A DNA stretch of 64,000 nucleotides from Pseudomonadota bacterium (GTDB taxonomy: Bacteria > Pseudomonadota > Alphaproteobacteria > Rs-D84). The notes beneath the pieces are model-generated. The model saw nothing but the letters and a program-made list of their open reading frames with translations, was not told the DNA's origin and did not search any database. Location: positions 5,275 through 69,274 of the forward strand of contig JAEXCU010000011.1 of the NCBI GenBank assembly GCA_023402015.1, written 5' to 3'. The position numbers were made by a program, and so were the translations under genes. Positions 35,780-44,368 of this stretch are shown here, one piece after another. Each line of letters opens with the position of its first letter. The stretch's first letter is position 1.

Positions 35780-37876
35780 TTAATTATTAAATATTTCGTT
35801 CAGCAATTCGTTCAATGGCACCCCCAGCCATTCTGGGTCGCCGCGCTTTTCCGGTGCACCACGTTCCAACGCGGTTTCACATGGATGATCATCGGCCAGC
35901 CAATTTTCCAATAAATCCCCGGCCAATAATCCAACGCCCGCACCTGCAACCAATCCGATACCGCCGGTAAACGGCGCCAATAACAAACCAATTCCGGTTG
36001 CAGATGCAACCTTGCCGGCGACGGCGGCGCCACTGATTTTTATATCGGGTTCTGCCAAATTTCCATTAATTTCAATGGAATTTACAACATTGCCGGTTAA
36101 TGACAATTTCAATCCACGCACCGGCACCGTCGTCAGTGATAATTTCATATTTTCATCGCCTAAATCCATACTGCCCGCCAGGCGAACATTTATCGCATTT
36201 GTTTCCGCCGCAACACCGTGTTGGGTATCGGCATAACCATTTCGCAATTTTGTATTTAATGACACACATGAAATTTTTATTTGACTGTATTTCTTTTCAG
36301 ACCGAAATAAATCCTGGATACTGTGGCGCAATGTTGTCAGGAAATCAGAACCATACATATTTGCAACCAATGCAGAATGTGCATACCCCGGCGCCACAGA
36401 ATACATTTGTACAGGCCCGGTGATTGTGTTCATTAATTCAGACAGGTTTGTTCCGTTTCCTTGCAGATACGCATCAACATTAACCGGTAAATCAGAAATT
36501 AAATCGTTTATGCGAATTTCGTTTAATATATTTCCCACAGAAATATCCCGCCCAATAACACCTGCGCGAACAAACATACGGCCGTCTGCATCAATTGCGA
36601 CGTTTCCTGCGATTGATATATTCCCCCCGCCAACCGTTGTTGTTGCATCAACACGCGCATCGCCGTCATACAATTTAACAGACAGGTCAATGTTTCGTAT
36701 ATTTAATTCGCGATAAACAATTAAATTACCGATATCCGCATGCAGATGCAGATTGAACTTTAAAAATTCTTTACCATATAACGGTATGTCATGAAAAACA
36801 TTCAGTGGTCGGTCCGGATGAATCCATTTTTTCCCATATAAATCAGGGAATAATTCCAATAAATCGATAGATTGCGAGTCGATATTTGCATCTATCATCG
36901 GGATTTTTTTGGACCAATCGTATACCCCGGATACAGATATTTCTGTTCCGCGAACAATTATTGTTGATTTACGCACCGTCAATCTTTTTCGGTCAAATCC
37001 ACCGGCAATATTTACCTTTAATGTTGGCATTTCCAACAAGTCTAAATCAATAATTCGCCCCAGGGCGGCAATATCTGGTATGTCGCCGGTGATTATAAAG
37101 TCTATGGGGGCTTTGCTGGTGGCTTCCAATGCAATGTTTGCAATCAACGCGTCCCCGCCGGTAGAAAACGCAACCCGAACGGGATAAATTTTCCGCTCAG
37201 CATTATATTCAGAATATGAAACAATAAACGGGAACACATCCTTTTCAGATTTTATCCAACCGGCATATTCACGGCCATTCTGGGATGGTGCATATCTGAT
37301 TTGAAATCCGGCCAAAGAATATGTTGTATCAAAAACATGTGCGACCAGATTGCGAACCTCTACCCCACCCAGGCCCGGATCAGTAAACGGGTATTTGGCA
37401 GGTGTTGTGGCCACGGGTTTGGCATCCGTTGTCGTCGCATCTGATGACGCAACAGATTCTGTTTGATCCTGAAACGGCACAACAGATAATTGTCCCTTGT
37501 CGTTTTGTTCAATGCAAACTGTTGCATCATAAATTTTTACATTTTGAATTGTCGGTCGGTTGCGCAACAGCGACAACAGGTTCATCCGAACGTCAACCTT
37601 TTCTGCACTGAACGCGTATTTATGTTTTGCCCAATCGGCATTGGGAACACGAACCTGGTTTAATTCCACCTGGGGACGCAAAGAAAATTTCCATGAAACT
37701 GCGCCGTCTATTTCCACCGGTAATCCGGTTGCATCGCGCAGAATTGCCAAAACATTCCCACGCAGTGTTTCCAGGTTAACCTGGCTGAGTGCGATTATAA
37801 CCGCCACCGCCAGTCCCATTATAAACAGGCCCAGTATGCGTGTAATCGTAAAAAATAATCTTTTTTTACCAGCCAT
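35780..37876 (-). CDS. AsmA-family envelope protein
   Basis: 698 aa with a single N-terminal TM anchor, a long beta-rich periplasmic region, and a Gly-rich C-terminus. Confidence 0.6.
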   Translation of the reverse strand: MAGKKRLFFTITRILGLFIMGLAVAVIIALSQVNLETLRGNVLAILRDATGLPVEIDGAVSWKFSLRPQVELNQVRVPNADWAKHKYAFSAEKVDVRMNLLSLLRNRPTIQNVKIYDATVCIEQNDKGQLSVVPFQDQTESVASSDATTTDAKPVATTPAKYPFTDPGLGGVEVRNLVAHVFDTTYSLAGFQIRYAPSQNGREYAGWIKSEKDVFPFIVSYSEYNAERKIYPVRVAFSTGGDALIANIALEATSKAPIDFIITGDIPDIAALGRIIDLDLLEMPTLKVNIAGGFDRKRLTVRKSTIIVRGTEISVSGVYDWSKKIPMIDANIDSQSIDLLELFPDLYGKKWIHPDRPLNVFHDIPLYGKEFLKFNLHLHADIGNLIVYRELNIRNIDLSVKLYDGDARVDATTTVGGGNISIAGNVAIDADGRMFVRAGVIGRDISVGNILNEIRINDLISDLPVNVDAYLQGNGTNLSELMNTITGPVQMYSVAPGYAHSALVANMYGSDFLTTLRHSIQDLFRSEKKYSQIKISCVSLNTKLRNGYADTQHGVAAETNAINVRLAGSMDLGDENMKLSLTTVPVRGLKLSLTGNVVNSIEINGNLAEPDIKISGAAVAGKVASATGIGLLLAPFTGGIGLVAGAGVGLLAGDLLENWLADDHPCETALERGAPEKRGDPEWLGVPLNELLNEIFNN

Positions 37877-37897
37877 GATATTTACTGCGCCCCCTTA

Positions 37898-38869
37898 TTA
37901 TGGCAGTTTTAATTCCAAGAACCTTATCACCGGCATCATAAAATCCGGAACGGACGCGCGCAGTGTTATCATCTTGCCCGTGCCGGGGTGTTGGAATGTT
38001 ATCTTGTACGCCAATAAAAACAAGTTATTTGTTGGCATCAATGACCCCAAAACATCATCTGATTTTTTTACATACCCATACAACGTATCACCAACAATTG
38101 GCGCATGCAGTGTTAATGCACTGTGGATGCGCAATTGATGTGTGCGCCCCGTTTTTGGGGAAAACAAAACCCACGCCAGATGACCCCCGGCCTGGGACAG
38201 AACCTGGTATTCAGTTATTGCGCGTTGTGGACGCTGGCCCGCACCGTCGTTCATGCGCGCAGGCGTTTCAAATACCTGGCCCTTTAAAATATAATTGTCA
38301 ATTTCACCGCGGGGTGGTTTTACGTCCCCTGCCAACAATGCCAAATATTCTTTATGCGCGGTTTTGTTTTGAAATTCCGCCGCCAAAACCTGGGCCGCAT
38401 GCTGATTTTTTGCAACAACCAACAATCCACTGGTTTCGCGGTCCAGGCGATGAACCAACGATATTTTGTCATATGGAAACAATGCCGCCGCCATTTTATC
38501 AACGGATTTACGTATTCCGGTTCCACCCTGCACTGCCAGACCCGCCGGTTTATTAAAAACAACAATATCCGCGTCATCATGAACAATGCATTGACGTAAT
38601 TTTTCCAAATCGGCCAAAGAATAATTTTCCCCTGATTCAGATTTCTTGGGCGCTGTTTCTGCATATGTTGCAATTGTGGGGGGAATTCTGACCGCGTCGC
38701 CCGCGCGCAGGATTTCCTGGCCACGCACGCGTGCGGAATTCACGCGAATTTGCCCGCCCCGGCACAGACGATAAAATTCACGCTGGGGCATTGCGGGAAA
38801 CCGTCGCAGGAACCATCGCAACAGACGTGTTCCATCTTCGGTTTTGGGAACAATAATTATTTCTGCCAT
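37898..38869 (-). CDS. RluA-family 23S rRNA pseudouridine synthase (RluC/RluD-like)
   Basis: 323 aa with an N-terminal S4-like domain and the catalytic HRLDRETSGLLVVAK. Confidence 0.88.
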   Translation of the reverse strand: MAEIIIVPKTEDGTRLLRWFLRRFPAMPQREFYRLCRGGQIRVNSARVRGQEILRAGDAVRIPPTIATYAETAPKKSESGENYSLADLEKLRQCIVHDDADIVVFNKPAGLAVQGGTGIRKSVDKMAAALFPYDKISLVHRLDRETSGLLVVAKNQHAAQVLAAEFQNKTAHKEYLALLAGDVKPPRGEIDNYILKGQVFETPARMNDGAGQRPQRAITEYQVLSQAGGHLAWVLFSPKTGRTHQLRIHSALTLHAPIVGDTLYGYVKKSDDVLGSLMPTNNLFLLAYKITFQHPGTGKMITLRASVPDFMMPVIRFLELKLP

Positions 38870-38901
38870 GGCAAATCAGCCCTTTATCAGGAATCCGCGA
38901 A

Positions 38902-39366
38902 TTATTCGCCGTATGTTATCTGAACAACATTTTTGCCGTCGGCTGCGTTGCATTTACCAGTTGCGCCGCCTATTTTGCCACCTGACATTTGATATCCAAC
39001 AGAATCAGACCATGCCTTGGTAATAAAATATTCACAATCAGATTTGCTCAGCCCTGTAATGGACACAATAAATTGACGGGAATTTGCAGGGTTTACGGCC
39101 AATTCATAAAATCCGCCATAGGGATTTTTATTGCTCATTCCAATTGCGCCGAAAATCGTTGCGCCATTTATATGCGAATAATCATCGTATTCACCCATCA
39201 AAGAACGAACCTGGGTCACCATTTCAATGACTTCGTCATTAATTGCATTGCGTTTTTGTGTGCGCATCCCGATTGACATCAAACTGATGGCGCCAACCGT
39301 AATAACCCCCATAATAGCCAGCACCCCCAGCATTTCAATCATAGAACGACCATATTCCTGTTTCAT
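38902..39366 (-). CDS. Type IV pilin/pseudopilin-like protein (class III signal)
   Basis: 154 aa. MKQEYG/RSMIEMLGVLAIMGVITVGAISL has Gly at -1, Glu at +5 and a hydrophobic helix. The C-terminal region has 2 Cys. Confidence 0.55.
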   Translation of the reverse strand: MKQEYGRSMIEMLGVLAIMGVITVGAISLMSIGMRTQKRNAINDEVIEMVTQVRSLMGEYDDYSHINGATIFGAIGMSNKNPYGGFYELAVNPANSRQFIVSITGLSKSDCEYFITKAWSDSVGYQMSGGKIGGATGKCNAADGKNVVQITYGE

Positions 39367-39418
39367 GATAATTATCCCCTATTTGCTATTTATTTTTTAT
39401 TATTCTATCATAAATACC

Positions 39419-40843
39419 ATGAATATTCAATTTTCTGATTTAATTGAAAATAGTCCCAATGCCCCCGGCGTATATAAAATGTACGATGCGGATGGGACGC
39501 TGCTGTACGTGGGCAAAGCCAAGAATATTGCCAATCGTCTGAAACAATATCTGGACATATCCAAATTGGAACCGCATAAACAGATTATGCGCACGTTGGT
39601 CGCACGTGTTGATTGGGAAATAGTCCCGACCGAATCAGATGCATTGGTACGTGAAGAAGAACTGATTAAAACGCTGAAACCACGATATAACATAATGCTG
39701 ACCGACGGGAAAATGTATCCGATGCTGGCACTGACCAATCATGAATACCCCCGGTTATTAAAATTTCGTGGCAAAATATCCCAGCGCAGGGATGTATTCG
39801 GTCCATATCCGTCGGTTCTGGCACTGAATGAAACAATCAAGATTTTGCAAAAGGTATGTCGCCTGCGTACATGCAACGACACATTCATGCGCAACCGCAC
39901 GCGGCCATGTCTGCTGCATCAAATCGGCCGGTGCAGCGCACCGTGCGTCCTGCATCAGGCGGATTATTCCCAAAACGTTCATTTGGCACGGCGCATTTTA
40001 ACCGGGGACAGCCAACCGATTATCGCAGACCTGACCGCGGAAATGCAGAAACATTCTGAAAACATGGATTTTGAATCGGCCGCCGTTTGCCGCGATAAAA
40101 TCGCCGCGTTAACACATACGTCAATAACCGGTCGGCGGCGACCCGCAACGCATACAGGTAAAATTGATTGGGACAATACGGTATCTGAATTGGAACAATG
40201 GCTGGGGATAAAAATCCAATCCGCGGGCGTGTTTGATAATTCGCACTTGTTCGGGAAAAGTCCCGTTGGCGCCATGATTGCATTTGGTCATGACGGCTTT
40301 ATAAAATCTGGATATCGTCATTTTAAATTGCGCGATGCCGCGCGCGCTGGCAATGATATTGCCATGATGGCCGAATTCGTATCACGCGCCGTGGCACGTG
40401 GCCCCAAATTGGATTTAATAATTGTTGACGGCGGAATTGCACAATGGAATATCGCACACCAGGTTGCGCCCAACATTCCAATTCTGGGCGTTACCAAGGG
40501 CGAAGTTCGCGACGGCGATGAACATTTTATTATGCCGGACGGTACCGTTTACCGCGACATGCCCAAAGATTCCAAATTGTTCTTATTACTGCGCGCCGTT
40601 CGCGACGAAGCCCACAGATTTGTAATAACATTCCACAGAACCAGACGTGCAAAAAACATGACCGCATCTGTATTGGATGAAATTGACGGCATCGGTCCAA
40701 CGCGCAAACATGCCCTGCTGACCCACTTTGGTTCTGTACGCGCAATTGTGGACGCGGATTTATCGGCACTGAAACGCGTGCCGGGTCTGGGCAAAGCGGC
40801 CGCAGAAAAAATTTATGCATATTTCCATGCCCAGGTGGTATAA
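39419..40843 (+). CDS. uvrC: Excinuclease ABC subunit C (compact form)
   Basis: Start MNIQFSDLIENSPNAPGVYKMYD at 39419. GIY-YIG domain, UVR (FESAAVCRDKIAAL), endonuclease region, C-terminal (HhH)2 LDEIDGIGPTRKHALL...VPGLGKAAAEKI. 474 aa. Confidence 0.88.
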   Translation: MNIQFSDLIENSPNAPGVYKMYDADGTLLYVGKAKNIANRLKQYLDISKLEPHKQIMRTLVARVDWEIVPTESDALVREEELIKTLKPRYNIMLTDGKMYPMLALTNHEYPRLLKFRGKISQRRDVFGPYPSVLALNETIKILQKVCRLRTCNDTFMRNRTRPCLLHQIGRCSAPCVLHQADYSQNVHLARRILTGDSQPIIADLTAEMQKHSENMDFESAAVCRDKIAALTHTSITGRRRPATHTGKIDWDNTVSELEQWLGIKIQSAGVFDNSHLFGKSPVGAMIAFGHDGFIKSGYRHFKLRDAARAGNDIAMMAEFVSRAVARGPKLDLIIVDGGIAQWNIAHQVAPNIPILGVTKGEVRDGDEHFIMPDGTVYRDMPKDSKLFLLLRAVRDEAHRFVITFHRTRRAKNMTASVLDEIDGIGPTRKHALLTHFGSVRAIVDADLSALKRVPGLGKAAAEKIYAYFHAQVV

Positions 40844-40871
40844 TGCACATATTCATATAAAGGAGAAAAAT

Positions 40872-41504
40872 ATGAAATCGTTTGTTAATTTTTTATCTGC
40901 ATTCCGTATTGCCGCGGCATTTGCAATTATTCCGACCATGCTGGTCGGCTGGTATTGGATTTCATTCATATTGTACGTACTGGCATCGCTGTCTGATTTC
41001 TTTGACGGATGGCTGGCCCGTAAATATGATGTATGCAGTAAAATTGGTGGTGTTATGGACCACATTGGCGACAAATTGCTGGTTGTGAACACATTAATTG
41101 TTCTGGCAATGGTTTTGACTTTCATTCTGCCCATGTTTGTGCCATATACAGCGCCATGGATGATTATTATCCCTGTTATTCTGATGGTATCACGTGAATT
41201 GTATATCAGTGGCCTGCGCGAATTCTTGGGGACACAAAAAATTGAAATGCCGGTACCCAAGGCACGTTTTTCCATGGGTAAAATAAAGACAACGTTGCAA
41301 ATGATTGCATCGTCTGCATTGTTGTTGGGATTGTGCATGCCCACTTTGTTTGGTGTTCCCACATTTGCTGGAACCGCACCATATGCGTTTTTGGTTTTAA
41401 TGTACGCAGGTATAATTGGCGTGTGGCTGGCGCTGGTTGCATCGGTGTGGAGTGCGACGCAATACACATTCACATTCTTGGAAAAAATTAAAAAAATAAA
41501 ATAA
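40872..41504 (+). CDS. pgsA: CDP-diacylglycerol-glycerol-3-phosphate 3-phosphatidyltransferase
   Basis: Start at 40872 with RBS AAGGAG. CDP-alcohol motif DFFDGWLARKYDVCSKIGGVMDHIGDKLL. Confidence 0.88.
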   Translation: MKSFVNFLSAFRIAAAFAIIPTMLVGWYWISFILYVLASLSDFFDGWLARKYDVCSKIGGVMDHIGDKLLVVNTLIVLAMVLTFILPMFVPYTAPWMIIIPVILMVSRELYISGLREFLGTQKIEMPVPKARFSMGKIKTTLQMIASSALLLGLCMPTLFGVPTFAGTAPYAFLVLMYAGIIGVWLALVASVWSATQYTFTFLEKIKKIK

Positions 41505-41512
41505 TACGAATT

Positions 41513-41535
41513 GGCCGGCAAATGCCGGCCTTTTT
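41513..41535 (+). terminator. pgsA terminator
   Basis: GGCCGGCA-AAT-GCCGGCCTTTTT. Confidence 0.7.
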
Positions 41536-41562
41536 ATTACCTGGCCCGCAGCAAATGCGGGC

Positions 41563-41591
41563 TTGATTTTATATGCATTTGCTGATTTAAT
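41563..41591 (+). promoter_or_regulatory. Candidate promoter for leader RNA copy C
   Basis: TTGATT-17 nt-TTTAAT. Confidence 0.35.
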
Positions 41592-41597
41592 AAACAA

Positions 41598-41786
41598 ATG
41601 AATCAGGGATACCTGGTTTGGGGTGTCGAAACCCGGAAATTGGCGTTCTGGCAACAGAATGAAAAATGTCTCCAACGGATTAATCCGGTTGGAGGGTTGT
41701 GAATAATGCGTTCGCGCAAAATAAGCACACTATACCAATTTATAGTTTCGAACCTCCAACCGCCCTTAAAAACGGCGGTGTTTTTC
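41598..41786 (+). ncRNA. Conserved structured leader RNA, copy C (junction 41687-41761 plus terminator 41759-41786) upstream of P8
   Basis: GGGGUGUCGAAACCC hairpin. CUCCAACGG-N-CCGGUUGGAG alternative helix. P1 GGUUGGAGG/CCUCCAACC, P2 UGUG...CACA (with nested UGCG/CGCA), P3 CUAUA/UAUAG, terminator ACCGCC-N-GGCGGU-U5. ATG is 27 nt downstream. Confidence 0.6.
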
Positions 41787-41812
41787 TTAACAAAAACGCG
41801 GAGAAAAAAACT

Positions 41813-42286
41813 ATGAAACTTTTTTACATCTTTATCATACCGTTGTTGTACACAACATCTGCAAATGCGCTGTGTGCATCGGACACGGAAATCACCACAG
41901 AAATACCAAACGGAAAAATTGTACGCAGAGATTGCGCATACGTTGCGCCCAATTGTTCCGGCACATGTCCATGTTGCAGAACATCGCCAGTTTATACATG
42001 TACATGCAACAGTGGATATTACGCAACCGGTGGCGGAACCACCAATTGTACATGTAATGCATGTCCGACAAACAGCACCTGCACCAGTGCCACCAGTTTT
42101 ACATGCAATGTCGGATATTATAAAAATGGCGTTGTTTGTTCGCGATGTCCATCGTCGTACGGTGTGGACGGGACAACCACGCGCGGTGCAACATCCATAA
42201 CCAAATGTTATTTACCGTCCGGCACAATCGGCACAGATACATCAGGTGATTTTGCATATTCTGAAAATTGCTTTTATTCAGAATAA
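41813..42286 (+). CDS. Small secreted Cys-rich protein (P8)
   Basis: 157 aa from MKLFYIFIIPLLYTTSANA with RBS GGAG. CNSGYYATGGGTTNCTCNACPTNSTC, CNVGYYKNGVVCSRCPSSYG...ATSITKCYLPSGTIGTDTSGDFAYSENCFYSE. Confidence 0.82.
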   Translation: MKLFYIFIIPLLYTTSANALCASDTEITTEIPNGKIVRRDCAYVAPNCSGTCPCCRTSPVYTCTCNSGYYATGGGTTNCTCNACPTNSTCTSATSFTCNVGYYKNGVVCSRCPSSYGVDGTTTRGATSITKCYLPSGTIGTDTSGDFAYSENCFYSE

Positions 42287-42287
42287 A

Positions 42288-42330
42288 AAACGCGCTATGT
42301 GCAATAAATCATGCACATAGCGCGTTTTTA
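42288..42330. terminator. Bidirectional terminator between P8 and dnaJ
   Basis: 13-bp stem CGCGCTATGTGCA/TGCACATAGCGCG with A-run and T-run flanks. Confidence 0.7.
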
Positions 42331-42349
42331 TGCATTTATTTTTTTGATG

Positions 42350-43486
42350 TTAAAACCAACCTTTTTTGTCCGATTTAGTTCCGGCGAATTCGTTCAATAT
42401 TTTCTTTTGTTTTTCATTCAGTTTCGTCGGAATGCGAATCGCAACCGTGATATACATATCACCAAAACTGCCCGCACGACGACCTGGCATTCCATGTCCA
42501 CGGACACGTAATTTTTCACCAACCTGGGTTCCGGCCGGAACCTTGACGGACAATTTCTTGTCATCAATTGTTTCAACCTCTATCTCGCCACCCAGGGCCA
42601 ATGTTGTAAATGGAATTTCCATTCTGGTTATTAAATCGCTGCCCATGCGTTCAAAACGTTTGTCGGGACGAACACGCACATCCAGGTAAAAATCACCGGC
42701 CGGTGCACCACCCTGGCCTGCTTCGCCCTGGCCGGGCAAACGCAAACGCGCACCATCTTCTATGCCGGCGGGTATTTTAACTTCCAGCGTTCTGCTTTTA
42801 TGGACCGTCCCTGTACCGTCGCATTCGCTGCATTTCTTATCAATTTTGTGTCCCAAACCATTACAGTCCGGACACGGTGTTTCCACGGCAAAGAATCCCT
42901 GGTTTGTGTGAACATATCCGGTGCCACCACACCGCGCGCAATCAGGCGCCGGTTTGCCATCCGCCGTACCATTGCCATTGCATTTTTCACATGCAACATC
43001 ACTGGAAAATTTAACAGTGTGGGTTGTGCCAAAATATGCATCACGCAGGTCAATTACAACCTCGTCCAATAAATCGCGCCCGCCACGTTGGGCGCGACCA
43101 CGTGGTGCACCACCGCCAAAATCGCCAAAGCCAAAACCACGCATCGCCTCGCGCAGAATGTCTTCCATTCCGTTGCCACCGCCCATATCAAAACGAAAGG
43201 CCCCATTTCCAAATGGATTTGCACCACCACCGAAACCACCGCCCGCAGATGCCCCGTTGCCGCCGGCAAATGCCGCATCACCAAACCTGTCATATGCCGC
43301 ACGTTTTTGCGGGTCCTTTAAAATATCAAATGCGTTGTTGACTTCTTTGAACTTTTCTTCGGCGCTTTTATCCCCGGGATTTTTATCCGGATGATATTTC
43401 ATAACCAATTTATGATATGCCTTTTTAATATCGGCATCCGATGCGTCGCGCGCAACACCCAAAACTTCATAAGGATTTTTGTTCAT
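42350..43486 (-). CDS. dnaJ: Chaperone DnaJ
   Basis: J domain with HPD (KYHPDKN), G/F region, and four CxxCxGxG repeats (CEKCNGNG, CARCGGTG, CPDCNGLG, CSECDGTG). Confidence 0.95.
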   Translation of the reverse strand: MNKNPYEVLGVARDASDADIKKAYHKLVMKYHPDKNPGDKSAEEKFKEVNNAFDILKDPQKRAAYDRFGDAAFAGGNGASAGGGFGGGANPFGNGAFRFDMGGGNGMEDILREAMRGFGFGDFGGGAPRGRAQRGGRDLLDEVVIDLRDAYFGTTHTVKFSSDVACEKCNGNGTADGKPAPDCARCGGTGYVHTNQGFFAVETPCPDCNGLGHKIDKKCSECDGTGTVHKSRTLEVKIPAGIEDGARLRLPGQGEAGQGGAPAGDFYLDVRVRPDKRFERMGSDLITRMEIPFTTLALGGEIEVETIDDKKLSVKVPAGTQVGEKLRVRGHGMPGRRAGSFGDMYITVAIRIPTKLNEKQKKILNEFAGTKSDKKGWF

Positions 43487-43611
43487 TTATCATCGCCCAA
43501 TGTTATTATGTACCGAAATATATAAGTCTATTATACTAAAAATCAAGCCCAATTGAAAACACATGAACGAAAAAAACATGCGGTACGGAAAACAAACCTG
43601 ATGTTATCGGA

Positions 43612-44211
43612 TTATTTTCTGCGTTCCAAATAATTTGCAAATTCCTGCAACGTCATAAATGTCCGCGCCCCCAATTCATCTTTGGCACGGCGCCACAAAG
43701 ACGCTTTATCGGATATCAGTACGGGATTCATACGCAAATCGTGCGCAATTACCAAATTTTCCAATTGGTTATCAACAACATATATATCTGAATTCACATT
43801 TGCCGCATTAACATTTGACAGATATGCACGTTTGGATTGCAAAGGACTGATTAATTCATAATGCGCAACCAAATCCATTGTCCGCCATTGCGTGCGATAA
43901 TGATTTTCCATGTCGCTGACACGGGCGGGAAATGCACTGCGCGAACAAACATTCAATTGGGTATTGGGAATATTTGCAATTTTCTGAATCGCGGAAAACG
44001 CACCCGGAATTGGCAATGCATCACGCGCACTGTCATACACAACATCGGATAAATTTTGTTCGATAAATTTTTTACCAAGGCCCGTTTTATAGCACATAAA
44101 CAATGCCGCAGACTTTGCCAAGTTATATTTCATCAAAGAAGATTGTATCACCATTCTGTCTATGGGATAAAAAACAACACCATGTAAATCTAAGATTACA
44201 ATTTTTTTCAT
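43612..44211 (-). CDS. Hypothetical protein (possibly a HAD-like fold)
   Basis: 199-aa ORF whose N-terminus KKIVILDLHGVVF resembles HAD motif I but lacks DxD. Confidence 0.45.
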   Translation of the reverse strand: MKKIVILDLHGVVFYPIDRMVIQSSLMKYNLAKSAALFMCYKTGLGKKFIEQNLSDVVYDSARDALPIPGAFSAIQKIANIPNTQLNVCSRSAFPARVSDMENHYRTQWRTMDLVAHYELISPLQSKRAYLSNVNAANVNSDIYVVDNQLENLVIAHDLRMNPVLISDKASLWRRAKDELGARTFMTLQEFANYLERRK

Positions 44212-44368
44212 ACAACGACCCTTGGTTTCTAATTTTTAGCCCGGCCATTATACAAATCGCCCGATTTTTGTCAACCTGGATTTTTTCTGCATATAATGGC
44301 AGAATTTGGCCGGTTGGCGAATTGTTTCACTTGCGCAAAAACAAATTTTGCGCTAATAATATTACGCT

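Noticed and set aside
39227-39418. N-terminal extension of uvrC given in the ORF track (start 39227).
   Set aside because: The extension overlaps the pilin-like gene on the other strand and encodes no UvrC sequence. The conserved GIY-YIG N-terminus begins at the ATG at 39419.
39419-40843. Short (474-aa) UvrC as a pseudogene.
   Set aside because: The GIY-YIG, UVR, endonuclease and (HhH)2 regions are all recognisable in one uninterrupted frame. This looks like linker shortening consistent with a compact genome.
40853-41521. 222-aa ORF antisense to pgsA.
   Set aside because: The plus-strand frame carries the complete CDP-alcohol phosphatidyltransferase motif with an RBS and terminator. The antisense ORF has none of these.
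41699-41812. GTG at 41699, 3 nt after the GGAGG of the leader P1 helix and in frame with P8, as the true P8 start or a leader peptide.
   Set aside because: It would place 38 non-hydrophobic residues before the signal peptide. The corresponding frames in copies A, B and D are not conserved (a short 9-13 codon ORF in A, no start in B). RNA structure, not coding, is what is conserved.
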